A stretch of DNA of 64,000 bases from positions 144,413 to 208,412 of the forward strand of contig CALJTY010000030.1 in the NCBI GenBank assembly GCA_937975915.1, given 5' to 3'. The DNA comes from an uncultured Acidimicrobiaceae bacterium (GTDB lineage Bacteria; Actinomycetota; Acidimicrobiia; Acidimicrobiales; RAAP-2). The translations under genes were made by a program, and so were the position numbers. Positions within the stretch are counted from its first letter, which is position 1. Every line of letters starts with the position of its first letter. The notes under the pieces were generated by a model. That model saw nothing but the letters and a program-made list of their open reading frames with translations. It was not told the origin of the DNA and made no database searches. This document shows positions 38,362 through 48,800 of the stretch, in pieces.

Positions 38362-38401
38362 CGCGGTATTCGGTCGTCTAATTCTTTAGTATCGTTGCTC
38401 C

Positions 38402-39193
38402 GTGGCTAAGAGTTCAACAGGTAAATGGGTAAGCAAGGTTGGAGCATCTGGAGGCGGAAAGGCCTACAAGAAGACTCGACCAGGTAATTACTACGGCGTG
38501 CTCGCCATCATTGTCATCCTTGGACTCGCAATGACTGTTTATTCACGCTACGAATACCAGAACCCATCAGTTGCAACGACCACTGCCGCTGGCGTTCCAC
38601 CTGTGATCGGTACCAGCTGGTACGAAGCAATGAACGTTGATGCATGTGGTGTCAACTACCCACTCACTCCTGACACAACGACGCAACTTGGATTCACTCT
38701 TGGAGCCAACAACGTCCTTCATGTCGCTCCAGTTTCAGAGTCTGAAACTGGCAGCAAGGCAACACTCGCGCTCTTTGTTAGTGAACACCGTGGCATCGTC
38801 GCTACGTCTTCAAGCTTGGCGCTACCAACACCAACTGGAATTGCGAACAAGGCAACAACGTGGAAGAACGGTGACGTCTGTGGTCCAAAGACCAAGTACG
38901 CAGGCAAGACCGGAACGGTTTCGTATGCTTATTGGATGTTTGGCCAAGTCAAGCCAACAGTTGTAACTGACCCTGCAAAGGTTCCATTCTCGGCGAACCA
39001 AATGTACGTAACTATGGCCTTCCTTCCAAGTGGTGTAACGCCATCGAAGCCAACTGCAGAAACAATTGTTGCAATGTCAAAGAGCATTCAGGCTGCTGCA
39101 TCGACAACTACGACGACAACTCCAGGTGGCTCACTAAGCACCATTCCAGTTGGCTCGACAGTTCTTCCTACACCGACGACACCTGCAGGCTGA
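38402..39193 (+). CDS. Membrane-anchored hypothetical protein with Thr-rich C-terminus
   Basis: Basic N-terminus MAKSSTGKWVSKVGASGGGKAYKK, one TM helix, an extracytoplasmic domain, and a TTTTTTPG tail. No family recognised. Confidence 0.4.
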   Translation: MAKSSTGKWVSKVGASGGGKAYKKTRPGNYYGVLAIIVILGLAMTVYSRYEYQNPSVATTTAAGVPPVIGTSWYEAMNVDACGVNYPLTPDTTTQLGFTLGANNVLHVAPVSESETGSKATLALFVSEHRGIVATSSSLALPTPTGIANKATTWKNGDVCGPKTKYAGKTGTVSYAYWMFGQVKPTVVTDPAKVPFSANQMYVTMAFLPSGVTPSKPTAETIVAMSKSIQAAASTTTTTTPGGSLSTIPVGSTVLPTPTTPAG

Positions 39194-39195
39194 TT

Positions 39196-40221
39196 TTGAA
39201 GTCGATCATTCTGGTCGGCGGTAAAGGAACGAGGCTCCGACCTCTTACCTACGAAACCCCTAAGCAGATGCTGCCGCTCATTGGACGTCCAATGATTGAA
39301 TGCGTTTTCGAATCACTGGCAAAACATGGTGTTACTGATGCAGTTCTTTCACTCGGATACCTGCCAGACCGATTTATTGAAAGCTATCCAGACGGCATTA
39401 TCGCCGGGGTTCGAGTTACGTATGCAGTTGAGCCAGAACCTCTTGACACTGCTGGAGCAATTCGCTTTGCCGCCGCACATGCTGGCATTGATGACACTTT
39501 TCTGGTTGTCAATGGAGACGTGTTAACTGATCTTGACGTTACGAGACTTATTAGCTTTCACAGAGCTCACGGGGGAGAGGGCACAATTGCTCTGCACCCA
39601 GTTGGTGATCCTTCAAGGTATGGCGTTGTGCCAACAACACCCGATGGTCGCGTAATTGAGTTCGTAGAGAAGCCTGCTCGTGAAGATGCCCCAACGAATC
39701 TGATTAACGCTGGTACGTATGTCTTTGAGCTAAGCGTGCTCTCTCGTATTGCACCAACTGGGCGAGTAAGCGTTGAGCGTGACACGTTCCCAGCACTCGC
39801 AAAAGACGGGGTTCTCTATGCCATGCCAGATAATGCCTACTGGATTGACACTGGTACGCCTCAGACATATCTGCAATCAAACATTGATGTCCTTACCGGA
39901 CGCGACAAAATAACTTCTTTTAGCGGCATTGTTGATGGAACCTGGATTCACCCGCAAAGCCGAGTTGATGCAACAGCGAAATTTGTTAACTGCGTTATCG
40001 ACAAAGACTGTTACGTGGGCGCAAACGTTGTTATTGAAAACTCAGTCTTGCTTCCTGGTGCCGTGATTGAAGAAGGCTCTGTAATTAAGTGGTCGATCAT
40101 TGGTCCCGAAGCAGTAATTGGAAGCTTCTCAACTCTTGGCGCGACGTGTGTTGTTGGTGCCAAGGAACACGTGGCACCAGGTTCGTCACTTTCGGGTGAT
40201 GTGCGCCTGGGCGGCGTGTAA
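39196..40221 (+). CDS. Sugar-1-phosphate nucleotidyltransferase (mannose-1-phosphate guanylyltransferase-like) with C-terminal LbH
   Basis: LVGGKGTRLRPLT motif and hexapeptide repeats at the C-terminus. Syntenic with manC next to fbiB/fbiA in other actinobacteria. TTG start. Confidence 0.8.
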   Translation: MKSIILVGGKGTRLRPLTYETPKQMLPLIGRPMIECVFESLAKHGVTDAVLSLGYLPDRFIESYPDGIIAGVRVTYAVEPEPLDTAGAIRFAAAHAGIDDTFLVVNGDVLTDLDVTRLISFHRAHGGEGTIALHPVGDPSRYGVVPTTPDGRVIEFVEKPAREDAPTNLINAGTYVFELSVLSRIAPTGRVSVERDTFPALAKDGVLYAMPDNAYWIDTGTPQTYLQSNIDVLTGRDKITSFSGIVDGTWIHPQSRVDATAKFVNCVIDKDCYVGANVVIENSVLLPGAVIEEGSVIKWSIIGPEAVIGSFSTLGATCVVGAKEHVAPGSSLSGDVRLGGV

Positions 40222-40932
40222 CTACCTGAACAAGTCGTTTGAAGCAGGGCGGACGACGTCTTCTTTGACTGAGCCCTCACCAAAGTAAGACTCGTCAAGG
40301 CCGCGAAGTATTGCAAACGGCGTTCCTTCACTTTTGCCGAGCACCAAGTTCGCTGCTCCTGCAATCTCGTCAATGATTGCAACTTCAGTCACTTCTAAGA
40401 CTCTGCCTTCAGCGTCAAGGGTGCCTCGAAGATCGAGGATGGGCTTTAATCCTGCTGAACCAAGTGCCACATCGGTAACGCCAGTTCGCCACACACGGCC
40501 AAAGGTATCCGTCACCACCACGCCAACTTCCACTCCGGTGCGACGCGACAGTTCGGCGCGAAAGCGCCTGGCTGAACGGTCAGAGTCTTTCGGAAGCAGC
40601 ACTGCCGTACCCTCGGCTGTATTTGAGAGGTCGATGCCAGCATTGGCATTGACGAAACCATGGTGCGTTTCAGTGATTCGCATGGGTCCGCGACGGCGGA
40701 TAACGCGTTTTGATTCTCCGCTGATGAGCCGATCCTTGTGTTCGTCAGTTCCGTCAAAAGCGACAACCTGACCTTCGGACTTGGAAACGATTTTGCTCGT
40801 CACGGTCACTAAGTCGTGATGCTGAAGCGTGTGGCCACCCGATGTGAGTGCATCAAGAAAGAGAGTGACTAAATCGTCACCTTCGTTTACTTGTCCGACA
40901 CCAAGAATTGGGAAAATGCGCAGTTCGTTCAT
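40222..40932 (-). CDS. cofE: Coenzyme F420-0:L-glutamate ligase, single-domain (236 aa)
   Basis: VTSKIVSKSEGQVV and VVTDTFGRVWR (CofE core). There is no C-terminal nitroreductase-like domain. Overlaps the cofD stop (ATGA). Confidence 0.85.
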   Translation of the reverse strand: MNELRIFPILGVGQVNEGDDLVTLFLDALTSGGHTLQHHDLVTVTSKIVSKSEGQVVAFDGTDEHKDRLISGESKRVIRRRGPMRITETHHGFVNANAGIDLSNTAEGTAVLLPKDSDRSARRFRAELSRRTGVEVGVVVTDTFGRVWRTGVTDVALGSAGLKPILDLRGTLDAEGRVLEVTEVAIIDEIAGAANLVLGKSEGTPFAILRGLDESYFGEGSVKEDVVRPASNDLFR

Positions 40933-41843
40933 GAAAGCACCGCTGCGGCGAGCTGTTTAGCGTGATCAGGGTTGGCCATGATCGTTGTGGTGACAATGAC
41001 TTTCATTCCGAGTGCTTTGATCTCATCTGCGTGCTTGGCGTCTTGTTCATCAATGATGAATGTTCCAACAAGGTCTTGGTAGTACTTCGCAACTCCCACG
41101 CATGAGACGTCGTGTCCGAGCTCATTTAGCAGGCGGTCAGCAGGTCCCTTAAGTGCGGCTCCGTTGATGATTGGTGAAACAGCGACCACGTCGCTGCGTC
41201 GCTCGCGCAAGATCTCACGAATTCCTGGAACCTGAAGAATTGGTTCAATTGAAATGAGCGGATTTGAGGGAGCGATAACAATTCGAGTCGCAGTTTTTAG
41301 GGCGTCAATAGTTTCTGACGTTGGCTTTGATTCGGCTGCGCCACTAAATGAAATGGAACTGACTGCGACACCGTGGTGGTGGCGGACAAAGTATTCCTGG
41401 AAACTAAGTGTTCCAATTTCTGTACTAAAAACTGTCGAGAGAACATCATTTGTTACGGGCAGTAGTCGAATGTCAACGCCAAACTTCGCACATAATTCTG
41501 CTGCAACTTCCGTCTTCGTTGCGCCTTCGCTAAATCGTTGCGTGCGGTAGAGGTGTGTTGCAAGGTCACGGTCACCGAGACCAAACCAAGATTCTCCACC
41601 GAGCTCGCCGAGCTCTTTCATAACTCGCCACGTCTCGCCGTTAAGCCCCCAGCCGAGTTCTTCGTTGTTGAGTCCGCTGAGCGTGTAACTAATGGTGTCA
41701 AGATCTGGACAGATGCTGAGTCCGTGCAGAACAAGGTCGTCACCGACATTGACAATGGCAGTTAAATCCTTGGCATCGAGGGTGCCACGTAAAGCTCGCA
41801 GGAGTCGTGCGGCGCCTACGCCACCGCTAAGAACAGATATCAC
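40929..41843 (-). CDS. cofD: 2-phospho-L-lactate (or EPPG) transferase
   Basis: N-terminal LSGGVGAARLLRAL and CofD-type GDDLVLHGLSICPDLD. GTG start. Confidence 0.9.
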   Translation of the reverse strand: MISVLSGGVGAARLLRALRGTLDAKDLTAIVNVGDDLVLHGLSICPDLDTISYTLSGLNNEELGWGLNGETWRVMKELGELGGESWFGLGDRDLATHLYRTQRFSEGATKTEVAAELCAKFGVDIRLLPVTNDVLSTVFSTEIGTLSFQEYFVRHHHGVAVSSISFSGAAESKPTSETIDALKTATRIVIAPSNPLISIEPILQVPGIREILRERRSDVVAVSPIINGAALKGPADRLLNELGHDVSCVGVAKYYQDLVGTFIIDEQDAKHADEIKALGMKVIVTTTIMANPDHAKQLAAAVLS

Positions 41844-41873
41844 TCTCGAAACCTTAGGGGCGCTTGGGTAGGA

Positions 41874-42695
41874 TTGAGTGTTGTGAGCAATAATTCGTTA
41901 GTTTCAGGGTGGCCAGGGGCCCCAGCCGCCGTGGCTTTTCGCCTAGATGGCGCAGCAATAACCCGTGTGGTCGAAATTGGTGACCTGAGCGAAGTGCGCC
42001 CCTGGGCTTCAGTTTCAAAGCTGGCAGTCTCGTATGCCTTCGGTGCGGAGTTTGACTGGGAATCTTGCAAGCCATCAACGCACGCTGGCCCAGTTGGGTC
42101 ATTCATTGCAAACATGCTCTCGCACTCAAGTGGACTTGGCCTCGAAGAAGGTGACCCTGTTGCCCAGGTTGGTAAAAAAAGAATCTATTCAAATGTTGCA
42201 ATAAATAAAGTCGTCAAAGAAGTTATTGAAGATCACGATCCGGCGAACTGGCTTCGAATAAGAGTTTTTGAAGGCCTAGGAATGAACAGCACAAGTCTGC
42301 AGGGTCGCCCATCAGACGGTGTCACTGGTTCGACCGAAGACTTAGTCACCTTCGCAAAAGCTTGGCTGCTCGCACAAGGTATCTCTGAAGCATCACGTAA
42401 TCGACTCATAACTCCTTACGCTCCACAACTCGATGGCATCGTTCCAGGTTTTGGCAGCTTCTCTCCATGTCCGTGGGGGCTTGGTCCAGAAGTTCGAGGA
42501 ACGAAAGAACACTGGATGGGTGACTGGCCAGAAGATAGTTTCGGTCACTTTGGCAAAAGTGGTGCACTCATGTTGATGAATGTGCGAGAAAAGATTGCTG
42601 TTGTAGCAACGAGCACTGAAGACTTCGGTCCTTGGGCCGTGGAGCTATGGCCACAGTGGACTAGCGAAATGCGCAAGCGAGCACTTGGCTCGTGA
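41874..42695 (+). CDS. Serine hydrolase (beta-lactamase/transpeptidase-like family)
   Basis: SxxK motif in WASVSKLAVSYA, a later YSN motif, and HFGKSGA (KTG-like). TTG start. GTGA overlap with the next gene. Confidence 0.7.
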   Translation: MSVVSNNSLVSGWPGAPAAVAFRLDGAAITRVVEIGDLSEVRPWASVSKLAVSYAFGAEFDWESCKPSTHAGPVGSFIANMLSHSSGLGLEEGDPVAQVGKKRIYSNVAINKVVKEVIEDHDPANWLRIRVFEGLGMNSTSLQGRPSDGVTGSTEDLVTFAKAWLLAQGISEASRNRLITPYAPQLDGIVPGFGSFSPCPWGLGPEVRGTKEHWMGDWPEDSFGHFGKSGALMLMNVREKIAVVATSTEDFGPWAVELWPQWTSEMRKRALGS

Positions 42696-43765
42696 GCCAA
42701 CAAAGCATGAAGCGAACTATCGCAATTTCAATTGACCAGCTCTACCGTGATCAACCAGGTGGGATTGGCACGTACGTTCGCGGACTGTTGCATGGCCTCA
42801 GCCAAGTGGGGGGTGACGAAATCATAGGAATCGCTCCACGCGGCAAAGTTCCAAGTGGTCTCGAACTGAGTTCAGTATCAAAAGCTCCTTTAGGAGTGAA
42901 ACTTTTAACAAGAACGTGGCCCAATTTCTCATTGGGAGTTCCAAAGAATGCCAGCGTGGTGCACGCAACTTCAATGGCGGGACCTTTCGATGGCGCAATG
43001 AACGCAGTCCATTCAGTTGCGATGCACGACTTGCTATGGCGTGATGAACCAAGTGCAACAACCAGCGCAGGGATTGCCTTTCATGAGCAACGACTAGAAC
43101 TACTCGCACGAAAGAAAAACATCCGAATTTTTACTTCATCACCTGGACTGAAAGAACGACTCGTTGTTGAAGGATTTGAGGCTTCACGCATTGTTCCGAT
43201 CCGTCTTGGCGTTGATGATGAATCTGTTGCGCCGGCGAGCAGTACAGAGGTGCGTGAAATGCTCGCCAATCTGGGCGTTACTGGCCCATTCACTTTTTAC
43301 GCAGGTACGCGTGAACCCAGAAAGAACCTTGCGGCACTCATTGCAGCGCATCGACGAGCTCGCGCCACAGCTCCAGAACTAGGGCCCCTCGTCATCTCTG
43401 GATCAAAGGGGTGGGGAGAAGTTTCTACTGAAGACGCAGTCGTTGTTGGACTCGTTGACTGGAACATGCTGAAAGGTCTCTACCGAGACTGCACAGTGTT
43501 TGCCTATGTTCCTCGTGCGGAGGGCTGGGGGCTATCACCCATCGAGGCGCTTAATGCTGGCGCACGAGTAGTTGCCAGCACTACAACACCAAGCGTTAAT
43601 AAAAATACGAACGTTGTGCTCGTCGATCCACTTAGTGAGGACTCCATTGCCGATGGGCTCATTCGAGCACTCGCCCTAGACGAGCACGATGAAAAAAGAA
43701 AGCAATCGGTCTCTGAGTTCACTTGGAAAAACTGTGCCCTTGATCATCTGGCGGGATGGGCATGA
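42692..43765 (+). CDS. Glycosyltransferase family 4
   Basis: GT-B C-terminal domain: YVPRAEGWGLSPIEALNAGARVVAS. Confidence 0.8.
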   Translation: MSQQSMKRTIAISIDQLYRDQPGGIGTYVRGLLHGLSQVGGDEIIGIAPRGKVPSGLELSSVSKAPLGVKLLTRTWPNFSLGVPKNASVVHATSMAGPFDGAMNAVHSVAMHDLLWRDEPSATTSAGIAFHEQRLELLARKKNIRIFTSSPGLKERLVVEGFEASRIVPIRLGVDDESVAPASSTEVREMLANLGVTGPFTFYAGTREPRKNLAALIAAHRRARATAPELGPLVISGSKGWGEVSTEDAVVVGLVDWNMLKGLYRDCTVFAYVPRAEGWGLSPIEALNAGARVVASTTTPSVNKNTNVVLVDPLSEDSIADGLIRALALDEHDEKRKQSVSEFTWKNCALDHLAGWA

Positions 43766-44871
43766 GAGTAGCTCTTGACGTTTCTGCAGTGCCGCAAAAA
43801 ATTGCGGGAGCGGGGCGTTACATTGCCGAAATCGCCAGACGCCTGCCCGAGGCAGGTGTTGACACCACTCTTGTTACTAGAAAGAATGATGCCCAGCGCT
43901 GGTCGAATACATCAAGTGCCAAGCTGTCGCCAGTTGTTCCTGATAATCGCGTTCAGCGTCTCGCCTACGAAGCATTACTTCTTGGATCAAGTGGCGCTGC
44001 CAAGAATTCAGATGTCTGGCACGGTCCCCACTACACGATGCCTCATGGTTCAAAAACTCCTTGTGTCGTAACAATTCACGACCTGATGTTTTTTACCAAT
44101 CCTGAGTGGCATGAAAAGTCCAAAGTGGCGTTCTTTCGTCGTGCAATTTCATACTCGGCAAAGCACGCCAAAGTTTTAGTGAGCATCAGCGACTTTACGG
44201 CTCGACAAATCGATGAATTTTTACCTGGGCATGCACCAGTTGTTGTTGCACCGCTTGGCGTTGATCTAACTCGCTTTACAACTGATGCTTCTAATGATCG
44301 TTTGCTGTTTGAACAACATGCTCTTCGAAGTGACGTGCCTTATGTTTTCTTTCTCGGGACTATGGAGCCACGAAAAGGTCTCGACGTTCTCCTTCGCTCG
44401 TTCGCTGAACTAGCTGCACTGGACCCAGAAGTCGAGCTTTGGCTAGCTGGTCAGTCTGGTTGGGGACTGAAAGATCTAGAAGCACAAATTGCAGCGCATC
44501 CGGCATCGGCACGTATCAAGCAACTTGGATTTGTTGATGAAGCGGTACTTCCAGCGTTGCTTCGCCAAGCCCGCTGCGTGGCCTACCCATCTCGTGGTGA
44601 GGGCTTCGGACTGCCAGTACTTGAGGCTTTGGCTTGTGGCGCATCAGTGGTCACAAGTCGGGGCACGGTCATGGAAGAAATTGCGGGACCGACGGCACAG
44701 TTGATTCCGATCGGAGATAGCGCCGCGCTCACCGCAGTTCTCAGCGAGGTTGTTGCGAGCAGTGATTCACTGCGTGCACAACGTTCGCATGAAGCGAGAG
44801 AACGTGCACAAACCTTTACGTGGGAACGCTCACTTCGCCAACACTTAGCCGCATACGAGCAGGCTAAATAA
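43756..44871 (+). CDS. Glycosyltransferase family 4
   Basis: YPSRGEGFGLPVLEALACGASVVTS. Adjacent paralogue of 42692..43765. Confidence 0.85.
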   Translation: MGMRVALDVSAVPQKIAGAGRYIAEIARRLPEAGVDTTLVTRKNDAQRWSNTSSAKLSPVVPDNRVQRLAYEALLLGSSGAAKNSDVWHGPHYTMPHGSKTPCVVTIHDLMFFTNPEWHEKSKVAFFRRAISYSAKHAKVLVSISDFTARQIDEFLPGHAPVVVAPLGVDLTRFTTDASNDRLLFEQHALRSDVPYVFFLGTMEPRKGLDVLLRSFAELAALDPEVELWLAGQSGWGLKDLEAQIAAHPASARIKQLGFVDEAVLPALLRQARCVAYPSRGEGFGLPVLEALACGASVVTSRGTVMEEIAGPTAQLIPIGDSAALTAVLSEVVASSDSLRAQRSHEARERAQTFTWERSLRQHLAAYEQAK

Positions 44872-45771
44872 GTGCGCGCTGTAATTACCGGAGCTAATGG
44901 ATTTGTAGGAAGACACCTACGGTCACATCTTGAACTGCACGGAGATGAAGTATTTGGAATTGACCTTGAATGTGACGTTACTGACTTGCAAAGTATTTCT
45001 ACAGTCATTTCTAGTTTCGAACCAGACGCTATTTATCACCTCGCAGCACTCACCCACGTTGGTGATTCTTGGGACCATCCAGAGGAATTCAATAGAGTGA
45101 ACGTCGAGGGCACCAGAAACATTCTTACGAGTGCAGCGATGCTTGCACGACCTGCGAAAGTTTTATTTGTCAGCACAGCTGACGTGTACGGGGTGGTGTC
45201 CGAGTCAGATCTTCCACTTGATGAAGATCGAGTCGCTACTCCTGCAAATCCATATTCCAAGAGCAAGCTTGCGGCGGAGATGCTTTGCAAAGCAGCAGCT
45301 GATTCACAAGAAGTCGTCATTGCTCGACCGTTTAATCACATTGGTCCAGGTCAGTCACCCCAGTTCGTAATTCCTGCGCTGATTTCTCGACTTCTTAATG
45401 CCGCTGCAGCGCAAACTACTGAAATCCCAGTAGGGGATTTGTCGACTCGTCGTGACTTCTGTGATGTTCGTGATGTTGTTAAGGCCTACAGATCACTCTT
45501 TGAGCACGGCAAGAGCGGCGAGGTGTACAACATTGCTTCTGGAAAAGATGTGGCGATTGAAGACATCGCTCAGCAACTTGTTGCACTGCTCGCACCAAAT
45601 GTAGAACTCGTTGTTGATGAATCATTGCTTCGTCCAATTGAGATTCCGGTGATGCGCGGAAGTTACAAAAAAATTCACGCAGCGACAAATTGGAAACCAT
45701 CTATTAGTTTGGAAACTTCATTGGGTGATGCAATAAGCGAACTTCGCAGCATTTCTCCTAAAAATCTTTAA
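44872..45771 (+). CDS. NAD-dependent epimerase/dehydratase (SDR; GDP-sugar reductase/epimerase-like)
   Basis: ITGANGFVGRHL (GxxGxxG) and catalytic YSKSK. GTG start directly after the upstream TAA. Confidence 0.85.
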   Translation: MRAVITGANGFVGRHLRSHLELHGDEVFGIDLECDVTDLQSISTVISSFEPDAIYHLAALTHVGDSWDHPEEFNRVNVEGTRNILTSAAMLARPAKVLFVSTADVYGVVSESDLPLDEDRVATPANPYSKSKLAAEMLCKAAADSQEVVIARPFNHIGPGQSPQFVIPALISRLLNAAAAQTTEIPVGDLSTRRDFCDVRDVVKAYRSLFEHGKSGEVYNIASGKDVAIEDIAQQLVALLAPNVELVVDESLLRPIEIPVMRGSYKKIHAATNWKPSISLETSLGDAISELRSISPKNL

Positions 45772-45848
45772 TTATTTCTTTAGAACACTGTTTTTTCAGT
45801 ATTTAAGCGACTGAATTTTTCGCACAATAGAACTAGCCTTGTTATCTG

Positions 45849-48800
45849 ATGGAATCCCGCGCTCCGGCCGTTGTTGCCGTCGTTGTTACCACTGGCCCAG
45901 GGCCTGGTCTTGAAGTCACTTTGGCTTCACTGGCCGCTCAGGACTACGAGGAATTAAGCCTGCTCGTCATAGCGAACGGGGAGCATGACAACGTCACTGA
46001 AAGAGTTGCTGCGATAGCTCCAAAAGCATTCGTGCGCACCCTTGACGAGAACAAGGGATTTGGTGCAGCCTGTAATGAAGCAGCCCTCATGGTTGATGGC
46101 GCCGCCTTCTTCTTGTTCTGCCATGACGATGTACGTCTCGAGACGAATGTTGTCCAGATGATGGTGGAAGCTGCATTTAGGACGAATGCGGGGATTGTTA
46201 CCCCCAAGGTTGTTCAGTACGAAGACCCCATGGTGCTGGTTCACGTGGGTCAGACCTCTGATCGCTTCGGCGTGGTTCAAGAACGCGTTGATCCAGGAGA
46301 AATTGACCACGGTCAGCAAGACCTAGAGCGAGACGTGTTCGTAGCTCCTGGTGGAGTAACGCTGGTTCGTTACGACCTCTTTACGACCCTTCGCGGGTTT
46401 GATCCACTCATCCCAGTACTCGGAGAAGATCTTGATCTCTGCTGGCGAGCACAGGTCGCTGGAGCTCGTGTTGTTGTAGCGCCAAGTGCAAAGGTTGCTC
46501 ACCGACAAACAATTGCAACGGGAGAGCGCACTGTCAGCGCAGTAGGAACAAGAAGGCGCAGTCGCCAAGACCTCCAGCGTCGTCACCAATTAATGGTCGT
46601 GGCAACTGGCTGGGGAAGGGTTACGACACTCTTGACATTGCCATTACTGGCGGCCATGGACTTGTTCGAATTTCTTATTGCAATTTTCAGTAGAGACACA
46701 GACCGAGCTGGAGCAATTCTCAGTTCTTGGTTATGGCTATTCAACAATCGAAAAAGAATTCGCGAACGTCGACGATTGCGTGGTCAAGTACAGGTGCTTT
46801 CAGACAGCGAACTTCGACGCCTACAAGTTGGCGGCGCTAGTCGACTCAAGCGTTTTGCTACGACTCTGGTTCGTGAAGGTCTAGATAGAGCCCGTGGTGT
46901 TTTGCCAGAAGCTGAAAACCTTCAGGAGTCGATCAGTTCTGGAGAAGATTCTGGAGTTGGATTTGCTGCAGCGTTCTCTGAAAGTGAAGAGTTCGATGAG
47001 ATTGGAGAAAGTGACGAGATTTCTCTTAGGCGTAGGGCCGGTCGAATCCTGACTTCATTTCGAGCGCAAGCCACAGCAATTATTGCTGTGGGAGTGTTCT
47101 GGTTGATCGCAACGAGGAACCTTGCAGTTATGCCACTCCCACTGGTTGGACGATTGGCACCACTTGACTCTTGGTGGTCAACATGGAGACACTTCTTTGC
47201 TTCGTGGTCTCCAAATGGCGTGGGAACGGGCTCTCCGGGGATGCCGGGCTACGGCGTGCTGGGTTTCGCTGGAACTTTCGTCTTCGGTCGTATGGGAATT
47301 CTCCCGCGTCTCGCACTAATTTTTGCCATCCCCGCTGGCTCTATCGGAATTGCTCGCCTTTTAAAGAACCGTGTTTCTAATCGTGCCCGAGTGATTGCAT
47401 CAATTGCCTACCTAGCAATGCCTCTTGGACTGAACATGATTAGCCAAGGTCGCATCGATGTACTTCTTTTCGTTGCCGCAGCACCATTTATTGTTCGACG
47501 CCTTTTCGAATTACTTGCAATTCCAAGTTTCAGAGATGCAGCATATCCAGCTCCTGTTCAGTTTGGTCTGCAAGGTTGGAGAGGGACTGAGGCTGGCCAG
47601 CGCACAATACTTGTGATGATCATTGCGCTGGTAAGCGCAATGGCACCAGCAACATTAATTGCGGTCATTGTGATTTTTCTTGGAGTTAGTGTCGCAAGAT
47701 TCTTTGAATCAGATGAGAACGCTTCACGCGTGCGCCCGTGGAGAACACTCCTTTCGATACTCGGATCTGTTTCAATTTTCCTACTCCCACTCACCATTAA
47801 TGTTGTTTTTGCGGGTCGTCGTGCTTTAGAAACATTCGGAGCTGCGCGAGGAACATGGGCATCACCATCCTTGGGTTCACTTATCCGAGGTGCCGACGGG
47901 AACATCGGTCACTCATGGGCTGCTTGGTTGTTGCCACTGGTTGGAATGCTCAGCTTCTTCGTCTGCCAAGGAATTCGCCGAAACATAGCTAGCAAAGTCG
48001 CTGCTACTGCGACACTCTCGCTAATACTTGCGACCCTTTCGTTGCATCACTGGATGGGACCATTCACGCCCGACGTGGATGTATTGCTAGCGCTGTACAT
48101 GGCAATGATTGCATTGTTGATTGGACTTGGGGTTAGCGCACTGGAGAATGACTTGCGACAAGCAGGTTTTGGTTGGCGTCAAATCTTCGCGGGCTTTCTG
48201 GTTTCGATGTTGGTCATAAGTACAGCACCATTTCTGTTGAGCTCAGCTAGTGGCCGCTTTGATCTTCCGGCCAACAGTGTCGCTCAGTCACTGAGTTCAC
48301 TTGCCCCGAGCAATAGTGGTTCATACCGCGTGCTCTGGCTAGGAGACCCGACAGTTCTTCCAGTAGCGGGTTGGTCAGTGGCCCCAGGACTTGCAGCAGC
48401 AACAACTATGAATGGTCTGCCATCTGGGTCGACACTTTTTACTCCTCCAGATTCGAGCACCAGCGATGTTCTGTTAGCTGATGTGAAGCTCGCGCTGCAA
48501 GGTCGCACTGTTCGACTTGGCTCACTCTTAGCGAACATGGGCATTTCGACCATTGTTGTCATGAACGCATCATCACCGGAGCTTGCTGGAGTCCAGACGG
48601 TCCCACTTCGCCCTGTTCCAAACACTTTGAGCACTTCGCTTCGCCTTCAGTCTGACTTAGCGCTTGAATTAAAAACTGCTTCAGTTGAAGTGTATGGAAA
48701 CACCAAGTTCACAGGACTAATTAGCGCAACGAGCAATGGCTCAAGTCCGGTTCCCGTCGTGGCGAACATTGGAATTCAAGGTCACTTGAAAATGCCTGCA

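Noticed and set aside
41840-42115. Two small minus-strand ORFs (91 and 82 aa) in the place where a whiB-type gene usually diverges from fbiA/cofD.
   Set aside because: They have no four-Cys WhiB motif, overlap the cofD start and the serine-hydrolase gene, and have biased composition. Judged non-coding.
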